Positions 20,701 to 28,810 of a stretch of 35,746 nucleotides of DNA are shown in pieces. Position numbers and translations under genes: made by a program. The notes beneath the pieces were generated by a model. The model saw only the letters and a list, made by a program, of their open reading frames with translations. It did no database searches and was not told where the DNA came from. The DNA is from Bacteroidales bacterium (lineage in GTDB: Bacteria; Bacteroidota; Bacteroidia; Bacteroidales; CAIWKO01): contig DAOORA010000006.1 in assembly GCA_035389045.1 (NCBI GenBank), positions 62,001-97,746 of the forward strand, written 5' to 3'. Position 1 is the stretch's first letter. The number at the start of each line of letters is the position of its first letter.

Positions 20701-21585
20701 ATGGCAAAAGAACATCCATCCCGCTGGAAACGATTCCGTAAAAAGCTTCATGATAAATACCGTCTGGTCATCATGAACGATTCTACTTTTGAACGGAAGT
20801 TGTCGTTCAGGTTAACCCGGATGAATGTCTTCGTTGCAGTGGGCGCGGCTGTCATGTTTCTTATTGCGGCAACTACCGTACTGATCGCTTATACCCCCCT
20901 GCGGGAATTTATTCCCGGCTACGGCGATATTGGCCTGCAACGGGATGTATACAGCCTGATGCTGAAAACAGACTCCCTGGAAAAAGAAATTGTGCGCCGT
21001 AATTTATATATGGAAAATCTGAAATATATTATTGCTGGTAAAGATTTTCCACAACCCGACCTTAACCAGCCATCAGACACCACCACACCAAAATTCAAGG
21101 ATCTCGATTATGACATTTCCCCTGAAGATTCTGCCCTGCGAAATGAATTTGAAAGCGCAGACCGTTATAACCTGACATTTTCCGAAGGATCGGGCGGAGA
21201 GAGCACCATAAGCAGTTTTTTCTTTTTCACCCCTGTCAAAGGTATTGTTGACAATGGGTTCAATCCTGCAAAAAAACACTATGGCGTGGATATACTGACG
21301 AATAAAAATGAAGCCGTAAAAGCCACCCTGAGCGGCACCGTGATCTTTAACGGATGGACCGTTGAAACGGGATATGTGATAGCCGTACAGCACTCCAACA
21401 ATATTATTTCTGTTTATAAGCACAATTCTTTTTTACTTAAAAGAAGCGGTGATTATGTTTATGCCGGGGAGCCTGTTGCCATAGTGGGCGAATCGGGAGA
21501 GTTGTCTACCGGGCCTCATCTTCATTTTGAATTGTGGTACAACGGTACTGCTGCCAACCCAAGAGAATACATGTCGTTTAAATGA
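20701..21585 (+). CDS. M23 family metallopeptidase (intact Zn ligands)
   Basis: ATG 20701; N-terminal TM, TPLREFIPGY, HYGVD (HxxxD), GPHLHFE (HxH). Confidence 0.93.
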   Translation: MAKEHPSRWKRFRKKLHDKYRLVIMNDSTFERKLSFRLTRMNVFVAVGAAVMFLIAATTVLIAYTPLREFIPGYGDIGLQRDVYSLMLKTDSLEKEIVRRNLYMENLKYIIAGKDFPQPDLNQPSDTTTPKFKDLDYDISPEDSALRNEFESADRYNLTFSEGSGGESTISSFFFFTPVKGIVDNGFNPAKKHYGVDILTNKNEAVKATLSGTVIFNGWTVETGYVIAVQHSNNIISVYKHNSFLLKRSGDYVYAGEPVAIVGESGELSTGPHLHFELWYNGTAANPREYMSFK

Positions 21586-21595
21586 TCATACTGCA

Positions 21596-22759
21596 TTGAA
21601 AAAAAGAATTGCCATATTAGGTTCCACCGGTTCCATCGGGACACAAGCCCTTGAAATAATTCGTGAGTTTCCGGATATTTTCTTAGCCGAAGTCCTTACC
21701 GCTGATTCCAATGCCGACCTGCTGATCGAACAATCGCTGGAATTTATGCCTAATGCTGTTGTTATTACCAATGACCGTTATTTTCTTAAGGTAAAATCCG
21801 CACTCGAAAAACATGATATAAAGGTTTTTTCCGGCACGGCCTCCCTTGAACAGATTGTGGAAATGGAAACCATCGACATGGTTCTTGCCGGCATTGTCGG
21901 CTTTGCCGGCCTCCGCCCCACCCTGAATGCCATCAGGCACAGAAAACCTCTGGCACTGGCAAATAAGGAAACCCTCGTTGTGGCCGGAGACATCATCACC
22001 CGGGAGGCAAAAGAGAATGCCGTAAATATTTACCCCGTTGATTCGGAACATTCGGCAATTTTCCAATGCCTTGCCGGAGAGTTTCACAACCCGGTGGAAA
22101 AAATCTTCCTGACCGCCAGCGGCGGACCTTTCAAGGGCAGGGACAAGGCTTCCCTGGCAGAAATCACCAGAGCCGAGGCGCTGAACCATCCCAACTGGGT
22201 GATGGGAAACAAGATCACCATTGACTCCGCAACTCTCATGAACAAAGGCCTGGAAGTAATTGAAGCAAAGTGGCTTTTCAACCTGAAACCGGAACAAATT
22301 GAAGTGCTGGTTCATCCGCAGTCTGTCATCCATTCGATGGTGCAATTTGCTGACGGGTCGATAAAGGCCCAGCTGGGCATGCCCGATATGCGCCTGCCGA
22401 TCTTGTATGCGTTGAACTATCCTGTCCGGTTAAAAACAAGTTTTCCCCGTATCGACTGGCTGAAAACAGGTGTATTCACCTTTGAACCGCCCGATACCAA
22501 AACCTTTCGTAACCTTGACCTTGCCTACGAAGCGCTGAAACTTGGCGGCAATATGCCCTGCATCCTCAATGCGGCAAATGAAATGGCTGTAGGAGCCTTC
22601 CTGAATGATGAAATAAAGTTCCCGGACATTGCAGACGTCATCGAACAAAGTATGCAAAAAGCTGCATTTATTAAAAATCCTTCACTCGACGACTATTTTA
22701 TGAGCGATATGGAAACAAGAAAAATTTCTGAAGAAATAATAAAAAACAACTATAAATGA
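21596..22759 (+). CDS. dxr: 1-deoxy-D-xylulose-5-phosphate reductoisomerase
   Basis: Probable TTG start at 21596; ILGSTGSIG, LANKE, PVDSEHSA, TASGGPF, MGNKITIDSATLMNKGLE. Confidence 0.97.
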   Translation: MKKRIAILGSTGSIGTQALEIIREFPDIFLAEVLTADSNADLLIEQSLEFMPNAVVITNDRYFLKVKSALEKHDIKVFSGTASLEQIVEMETIDMVLAGIVGFAGLRPTLNAIRHRKPLALANKETLVVAGDIITREAKENAVNIYPVDSEHSAIFQCLAGEFHNPVEKIFLTASGGPFKGRDKASLAEITRAEALNHPNWVMGNKITIDSATLMNKGLEVIEAKWLFNLKPEQIEVLVHPQSVIHSMVQFADGSIKAQLGMPDMRLPILYALNYPVRLKTSFPRIDWLKTGVFTFEPPDTKTFRNLDLAYEALKLGGNMPCILNAANEMAVGAFLNDEIKFPDIADVIEQSMQKAAFIKNPSLDDYFMSDMETRKISEEIIKNNYK

Positions 22760-24099
22760 GCGCATTAATTATGATCGCCCAACTGATACTGGGCTTGTCA
22801 ATTCTGGTTTTTGTACACGAACTTGGACATTACCTGGCTGCACGGGCCTTTAAGATCCGGGTAGACAAATTCTACCTTTTTTTCGATGCATGGAAATTCA
22901 GGCTTTTCAAATTTAAAAAAGGCGACACGGAATTTGGAATCGGCTGGCTGCCCTTAGGCGGTTACTGCAAAATTGCCGGTATGATCGACGAATCTATGGA
23001 TAAGGAACAAATGAAACAGCCCCCGCAGCCCTGGGAATTCCGTTCCAAACCGGCATGGCAGCGGCTGATCGTGATGGTCGCCGGCGTCATCATGAACCTT
23101 ATCGTGGGGATGATCATTTTTACCGGCGTTATCCTGCATTACGAAAAAGAATACCTTCCATGCGACTCGGTGACCAACGGAATTTATGCCTACCCTGCCG
23201 GACGCCAGATCGGCTTTCAGACAGGCGACAAAATACTGAAAGTCAACAATAAAAAAATTGAACGTTTTAAAGATGTCGCCTCTGCCAATGTGCTGATGGG
23301 ATCAGTAATCACCATAGACCGCAACGGACAAACCATGGACATCACCGTGCCGGATACCATGTACCGCAACTACAACAAAAAAATCCGCGATTTCTTTATC
23401 GAAGCGCATAATTTTCAGTTTTCGGTTGACAGTGTTATAGATACCATCGTATTCCGTGACGAAACAAAAAGGCCGAGTTCGGCATTTAACGCCGGATTGA
23501 AAAAAGGAGACCGGATACTATTCATCGACTCGACAGAAATCACCAGCTATGGCCTGTTCAGAGAACTGATTTGGTCGTTGAAGGAAAAAGATGTTTCTTT
23601 AAGAGTATTGCGTCAGGCAGACACGCTGAGCCTTACTTTATCCGTTGATTCCACAGGATATATCGGGATTACCAGCAAAAATCCCTATCAAACCCGTGCC
23701 TACGGACTGATGTCGGGAATCAAATACGGAATAAGGGACGCCATGGGCAACCTTTGGGCCAACATCCGCGGCCTGGGTAAAATATTCGCGGGCAAGGAAA
23801 ACGCCAGCGAATCCATACAGGGGCCTATCGGAATCATGAAAATATATGGCGGAATATGGGACTGGCACCGGTTCTGGCTTATCACCGGCCTTATCTCGGT
23901 GATACTGGCATTTATGAACATTCTTCCTATTCCGGCACTGGACGGTGGGCATGTAATTTTCACCACATGGGAGCTGATCACCGGACGGAAATTGTCAGAA
24001 AAATTCCTGGAACGCTCACAGGTCATCGGCATGGCCATCCTGATCGCCATCATGGTTTTTGCCATATTCAATGACGTCTGGAAACATTTTATCCGTTAG
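22756..24099 (+). CDS. rseP: RIP metalloprotease RseP (M50, PDZ domains)
   Basis: HELGH, WLPLGGY, NILPIPALDGGH. Confidence 0.97.
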   Translation: MSALIMIAQLILGLSILVFVHELGHYLAARAFKIRVDKFYLFFDAWKFRLFKFKKGDTEFGIGWLPLGGYCKIAGMIDESMDKEQMKQPPQPWEFRSKPAWQRLIVMVAGVIMNLIVGMIIFTGVILHYEKEYLPCDSVTNGIYAYPAGRQIGFQTGDKILKVNNKKIERFKDVASANVLMGSVITIDRNGQTMDITVPDTMYRNYNKKIRDFFIEAHNFQFSVDSVIDTIVFRDETKRPSSAFNAGLKKGDRILFIDSTEITSYGLFRELIWSLKEKDVSLRVLRQADTLSLTLSVDSTGYIGITSKNPYQTRAYGLMSGIKYGIRDAMGNLWANIRGLGKIFAGKENASESIQGPIGIMKIYGGIWDWHRFWLITGLISVILAFMNILPIPALDGGHVIFTTWELITGRKLSEKFLERSQVIGMAILIAIMVFAIFNDVWKHFIR

Positions 24100-24106
24100 T
24101 CCTTCC

Positions 24107-24586
24107 ATGCCCGATGTCAATGAAAATCCCAACAGCCTGAAAACCATTCTGCACCGGGCACAGGAATATTGTGCAATTCAGGAACGATGCCGCTCCGAGA
24201 TGGAACAAAAACTCAGGCTGTGGGGCGTTGACAAAATCAGGGCGTCAAAAATGATAGCGCTATTGCAAAAAGACAATTTTATAAATGAGGACAGGTACAC
24301 CGAAGCTTTTGTCCGGGGCAAATTCAGATTAAAAAAATGGGGGAAAAATAAACTGGCGGCAGAGCTGCGAGTTAAAAAAATCCCCGAAGACCTTATTGCA
24401 AAGCACCTTCAGAATATTGATGATGCTGAATACCGTTCAGCGATAATCTTGCTGGCAGAAAAAAAATCAAAGGAACTCAAAGAACAAGACACATATAAAA
24501 AAAATCAAAAAATAGCCAGGTTCCTGATTTCTAAAGGTTTTGAACCCCAGCTGGTATTTTCAGTGTTAAAAATCAGCGACCTCTGA
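24107..24586 (+). CDS. recX: Regulatory protein RecX
   Basis: YCAIQERCRSE, FINEDRY, KKWGKNK, FLISKGFE; ATG at 24107. Confidence 0.93.
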   Translation: MPDVNENPNSLKTILHRAQEYCAIQERCRSEMEQKLRLWGVDKIRASKMIALLQKDNFINEDRYTEAFVRGKFRLKKWGKNKLAAELRVKKIPEDLIAKHLQNIDDAEYRSAIILLAEKKSKELKEQDTYKKNQKIARFLISKGFEPQLVFSVLKISDL

Positions 24587-24590
24587 ACCA

Positions 24591-26597
24591 ATGAAACTAT
24601 TGTCAACACTGGCATCCCTGATCAGAAAAAACAATATCCGGGAAAAGCTGAAAAAACTGTATACATCGGCACTGTTCAGAAAAATTGTTTTGTATTTCGC
24701 GGGGGCACTTGCATTGTTACTAATACTATTTTTTCTGTTCCGCAACACTATATTACACTCCGTTATTGAAAATAAGTGCCGGGCTTTTAAAGAAAAGTAC
24801 CAGGCAGAAATAATTGTTAGACATGCTACCTTTAAAGGGTTCACCGGCATCACCCTTGAGGACATTTCGGTTGTACCCGCTCAGCGCGATGTGCTGTTCC
24901 GGAGCGGCAGAATATACGCGCATGTCAGGCCTTTGCCATTACTCGCGGGCAAGGTGCGTATCAACGAAGTGTTGCTTGAAAACACCATGATCAACCTTAT
25001 CCGTCATGGCAAACAGAACAATTACGGGTTTTTGTTCAAACCTCAAAAAGATTCCACCGTAAAACACACTGACTCCACTTACAATTATGCAGCACGGCTC
25101 GACAGGATTTTCTCGGGAATTTTTTCCAACGTCCCCGACGATATCGAAATACGCAATTTCCTGGTACATGCCGCTTCCGACACCAATTCCGTCACTGCTT
25201 TTTTGCCATCATTTCACATTGAGAACTATCGCTTTCTTTCGGTGGTGACCACTTCGGAAAAACACAAGCGACAATTATTTTTTGTCAGAGGAGAAATATA
25301 TAAAAGCCGTAAACTGTTGAATTTTATGGTCTATGCCCCTCAACGGCAAAAAGTACATGTACCCTATATCCGGTCGAAGTATGGCTTCCGCTGTGATTTC
25401 GACACGCTTTATGCGGGCATCGCCGTTGAAGGAAACAGCTCCGCACTCCGGATAAACGGTGAAAACCTGATCACCGGGCTGGTGCTCAACCATAAAAAAA
25501 TAGCATTGTCGGATGTCTTCTTTAAAAAAATTGCGCTAAAACTCAATATCAGGGCCAGCAGGGATTTTGTGGAACTCGACAGCAACTCCCTGATCGCATA
25601 CAACCGCTTTGCACTGAATCCTTACATCAAAGCCTGTCACAAACCCGTGGTGAAAATCAGGTTGAAAATCAACCATGAGTTTACCGCGCAAAATCTTTTT
25701 GAATCCTTACCCGGCGGGATGTTCGGGAATTTCGCAGGTATCAAAACCAAAGGAAAATTGCGGCTATCGGTGAATTTCGACCTGGATATGCACCAACCCG
25801 ATTCCCTAAGGTTTGATGCTACCCTCACCGGCAAGGATTTCCAGATAATAAAATACGGCGCAACCGATTTCCGTATGATAAACGGATCGTTCAGCCATAC
25901 GGCCTATGTAAACGGCCTGCCGGTAAGATCATTTATCGTCGGCCCCGACAACCCGGCATATACGCCGCTTGAGATGATTTCGCCCTATCTGAAAGATGCC
26001 GTCCTGATCTCCGAGAACGGAGGGTTTTTCTATGGTGATGGTTTCAATGTTGCCGCTTTCCGCGAATCAATTATTGCCAACATACACGCCGGGCATTTTG
26101 TCCGTGGCGGCAGCACCATCGACATGCAACTGGTAAAAAATGTGTTCCTGAACAAAAACAAAACCATTGCCCGCAAAGCCGAAGAAATACTGATCTCGTG
26201 GCTAATCAACAACAACCATCTTTGTACAAAGGAGAAAATGTACGAGGTCTATCTGAACCTTATCGAATGGGGCCCGGGTGTTTATGGTGTTTCAGAAGCT
26301 TCGGACTATTATTTTCAGAAAAAACCTTCGCAGTTAAGCCTTTCCGAAAGCATCTTCTTAGCCAGCATCATCCCGAAGCCTCGCTGGTTCAAATCCTCAT
26401 TTGACGAAACGGGGAAGTTTTCACCCCGGTATCAGCCCTATTTCAGCCTGATTGCAAAAAAAATGATAGACAAGGGAAGCGCCACCGCACAAGATACGCT
26501 GGACATGATAAAAAAAATTGAAATCAAAGGCAACTCAAAAATTTTCATGGCTAAGGACACCACTCACTTTAAAATTGATTCGGTGATGATGGAGTGA
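24591..26597 (+). CDS. Peptidoglycan transglycosylase (GT51) domain protein with large N-terminal beta-rich region
   Basis: N-terminal TM; C-terminal GT51 motifs SENGGF, RGGSTIDMQLVKN, RKAEE, EVYLNLIEWGPGVYG. No transpeptidase domain. Confidence 0.88.
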   Translation: MKLLSTLASLIRKNNIREKLKKLYTSALFRKIVLYFAGALALLLILFFLFRNTILHSVIENKCRAFKEKYQAEIIVRHATFKGFTGITLEDISVVPAQRDVLFRSGRIYAHVRPLPLLAGKVRINEVLLENTMINLIRHGKQNNYGFLFKPQKDSTVKHTDSTYNYAARLDRIFSGIFSNVPDDIEIRNFLVHAASDTNSVTAFLPSFHIENYRFLSVVTTSEKHKRQLFFVRGEIYKSRKLLNFMVYAPQRQKVHVPYIRSKYGFRCDFDTLYAGIAVEGNSSALRINGENLITGLVLNHKKIALSDVFFKKIALKLNIRASRDFVELDSNSLIAYNRFALNPYIKACHKPVVKIRLKINHEFTAQNLFESLPGGMFGNFAGIKTKGKLRLSVNFDLDMHQPDSLRFDATLTGKDFQIIKYGATDFRMINGSFSHTAYVNGLPVRSFIVGPDNPAYTPLEMISPYLKDAVLISENGGFFYGDGFNVAAFRESIIANIHAGHFVRGGSTIDMQLVKNVFLNKNKTIARKAEEILISWLINNNHLCTKEKMYEVYLNLIEWGPGVYGVSEASDYYFQKKPSQLSLSESIFLASIIPKPRWFKSSFDETGKFSPRYQPYFSLIAKKMIDKGSATAQDTLDMIKKIEIKGNSKIFMAKDTTHFKIDSVMME

Positions 26598-26608
26598 TGG
26601 GAAAGTGA

Positions 26609-26704
26609 CGGTGGTTTCGACTCCGCTCAACCACCGGTTATACTTCGCTCAACCACCAAAAATCTGAAATCTTGCGGTGTCTGAGCGCAGCCGAAGACAC
26701 CGCA
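26609..26704. repeat. Cluster of REP-like hairpins (TTCGACTCCGCTCA core)
   Basis: CGGTGGTT-TCGACTCCGCTC-AACCACCG (26609-26636), a partial copy at 26641-26657, and an inverted copy TGCGGTGTCT-GAGCGCAGCCGA-AGACACCGCA (26673-26704). Confidence 0.8.
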
Positions 26705-26710
26705 TCGGCT

Positions 26711-26993
26711 TTCGTTTAGTGATAGCATGACGGCGCTGCAAGCTACGCACATGCCAGTCATACTATCACTTGCACCATGACATAGCATGACTGCGCTGCA
26801 AGCTACGCACAGGTCAGCCATACTATCACTTGCACCACGACATAGTACGACGTTACTCTCGTTTAGTGATAGCATGACTGCGCTGCAAGCCACGCACATG
26901 CCAGTCATACTATCACTTGCACCATGACATAGCATGACTGCGCTGCAAGCTACGCACAGGTCAGCCATACTATCACTTGCACCACGACATAGT
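26711..26993. repeat. Tandem array of four 60-bp palindromic units arranged as a 147-bp (A-B) duplication
   Basis: Units start at 26721, 26781, 26868 and 26928. Arms AGTGATAGCATGACTG / CAGTCATACTATCACT. Confidence 0.95.
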
Positions 26994-27017
26994 GTGACAT
27001 CACAGCGGGGCATACAC

Positions 27018-27070
27018 GCGTTGGCTTCGGTTTCAGTTCGACAAATTCACTGTGGCCGCTCAACCACCGC
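27018..27070. repeat. REP-like hairpin with a nested second REP-like core
   Basis: GCGTTGGCTTCGG...CGCTCAACCACCGC interrupted by CAGTTCGACAAATTCACTG. Confidence 0.6.
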
Positions 27071-27073
27071 TAG

Positions 27074-27162
27074 GGCTTTCGTTTAGTGATAGCATGACAG
27101 CGCCGCAAGCTACGCACAGGCAAGCGATATCATCATATGCAATATTAGTTTTTTGCTATCAC
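27074..27162. repeat. Fifth (degenerate) copy of the 60-bp hairpin unit
   Basis: GGCTTTCGTTTAGTGATAGCATGACAGCGCCGCAAGCTACGCACAGG; distal arm TGCTATCAC at 27154-27162. Confidence 0.8.
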
Positions 27163-27218
27163 AAATTGTAACACCAAATATTTTTTATTGCTGGTAGAAA
27201 CACAAAAAGCCTGAATTA

Positions 27219-27307
27219 TTTTTGAAAAATCAAAGGCAATAACACTTCATGTTTTTGAAAAATCAAAGGCAATAATGTAAATTTTTTAAAATAATCAAAG
27301 GCAATAA
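27219..27307. repeat. Three phased direct repeats (core AATCAAAGGCAATAA)
   Basis: 24-bp exact copies at 27219-27242 and 27252-27275; third 15-bp core at 27293-27307; periods 33 and 32 bp. Confidence 0.9.
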
Positions 27308-27308
27308 T

Positions 27309-27373
27309 TTCGTTTAGTGATAGCATGACTGCGCTGCAAGCCATGCAGAAGCCAGTCATGCCATCACTTGCAT
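27309..27373. repeat. Sixth copy of the 60-bp hairpin unit
   Basis: TTCGTTTAGTGATAGCATGACTGCGCTGCAAGCCATGCAGAAGCCAGTCATGCCATCACTTGCA. Confidence 0.9.
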
Positions 27374-27439
27374 CCCAACACTATGTTAGCCATGTGGGAG
27401 TGCTACTTTAATCCGTGCCCCCACTGCAAACCCTTAATT

Positions 27440-27558
27440 ACCTAACAACCTAACAGTCTAACAACCTAACTCCGCCGCGGCGGACTAACAGCCTAACAGC
27501 CTAACAACCTAACAGCCTAACAGCCTAACAACCTAACAGCCTAACAGCCTAACAGTCT
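27440..27558. repeat. 8-bp tandem repeat (RCCTAACA)n interrupted by a perfect 14-bp palindrome
   Basis: 13 CTAAC cores; TCCGCCGCGGCGGA at 27471-27484. Confidence 0.95.
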
Positions 27559-27609
27559 TCCCTCTAAAACCCCTTCCTCCTAAAAACGCTCTCTTCACTA
27601 AAAAACCCC

Positions 27610-27617
27610 TATCTTTG
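27610..27617 (+). promoter_or_regulatory. -7 promoter box for prfB
   Basis: TATCTTTG, 17 nt upstream of ATG 27635. Confidence 0.75.
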
Positions 27618-27634
27618 CAGAAAATTCCCATACC

Positions 27635-28718
27635 ATGATCACTAACGAACATATCAAAGATCTTGAAAGGCGCCTGGATGACCTTAGGAGGTTCCTTTGA
27701 CATCGACAGCAAACAAACACAGATAGCCGAAGAAGAAAAAATCACACAGCAGCCCGGTTTCTGGGACGATCCCAAAAAAGCCGAGCAATTAATGAAAAGC
27801 ATACAGGAGAAAAAAAACTGGACGGAAGCCTTTTCAAAAGCAAAAAGCGCTTTCGACGACCTGGTGGTGATGTGGGGCTTTTTTTCCGACGGCGAAGCTG
27901 ATGAGGAAGATATCCAGAAACAGTTTGATAACGCCACCATATGCATTGAAAAACTGGAATTCAAAAAGATGCTCCGCGGCGAAGAAGACCGGCTCGGCGC
28001 GATCATCAACATCAACTCCGGAGCGGGCGGCACCGAAAGCAACGACTGGGCACAGATGCTGATGCGTATGTACCTCCGATGGGGCGAACGCAACAATTAT
28101 AAAGTAACTATTGTAAGTGTTCAGGAGGGTGACACCGCCGGAATAAAATCGGCATCCATAGAATTTGAAGGTGAATACGCTTTTGGTTACCTCAAGGGTG
28201 AAAACGGTGTACACCGCCTGGTACGGCTATCTCCGTTCGACTCCAACAACCGCCGACATACCTCTTTTGCTTCCGTTTATGCCTACCCGATCATTGACGA
28301 CAACATTGTGATTGAGGTTAACCCCTCGGATATTGTTTTTGACACCTTCCGTTCGAGTGGCCCCGGCGGACAAAATGTGAACAAAGTAGAAACAGCGGTG
28401 CGCTTAAGACACATCCCCACGGGCATCATCGTGGAATGTCAGGAAACCCGTTCACAGGGCCAGAACCGCGAAAAGGCCATGCACATGCTGAAGTCGCAGC
28501 TTTACGAGATAGAGCTCCGCAAGAAAAAAGAAAAAATAGACGAGATAGAAAGCAACAAAAAAAGGATAGAATGGGGCTCACAGATCCGCAGCTATGTGAT
28601 GCATCCTTACAAAATGGTGAAAGACCTGCGTACCGGGGTTGAAACTTCAAATGTACAGTCGGTGATGGACGGCGACCTGGAAGAATTCACCAAGGCATTC
28701 CTGATCCAATACGGCTGA
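27635..28718 (+). CDS. prfB: Peptide chain release factor 2 (programmed +1 frameshift)
   Basis: ATG 27635 reads [21 protein letters not shown], then CTT TGA C. The +1 frame carries GAGGTE, SPF and GGQ motifs to the stop at 28718. Confidence 0.98.
27686..27701 (+). promoter_or_regulatory. prfB frameshift signal: internal SD plus slippery CTT-TGA-C
   Basis: AGGAGG-TTC-CTT-TGA-C, the canonical RF2 autoregulatory site. Confidence 0.97.
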
Positions 28719-28769
28719 CACAAAAGCCCTTTATAGCAGACAATAATAGCCGTATATCATTGTTTTTAT

Positions 28770-28777
28770 TATCTTTG
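28770..28777 (+). promoter_or_regulatory. -7 promoter box for the C10 peptidase
   Basis: TATCTTTG upstream of ATG 28811. Confidence 0.65.
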
Positions 28778-28810
28778 TGGAACTTTTTTGTTTTTTAAAA
28801 AACTTTTCCC

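Noticed and set aside
26711..27373. CRISPR array
   Set aside because: Units are near-identical along their whole length with no unique spacers, and there are no cas genes in the window.
27440..27558. Integron attC sites (GCCTAAC matches RYYYAAC)
   Set aside because: Simple tandem repeat with no paired GTTRRRY at attC distance, no cassette ORFs and no integrase.
27635..27700. prfB as a pseudogene or sequencing frameshift
   Set aside because: Canonical programmed +1 frameshift signal.
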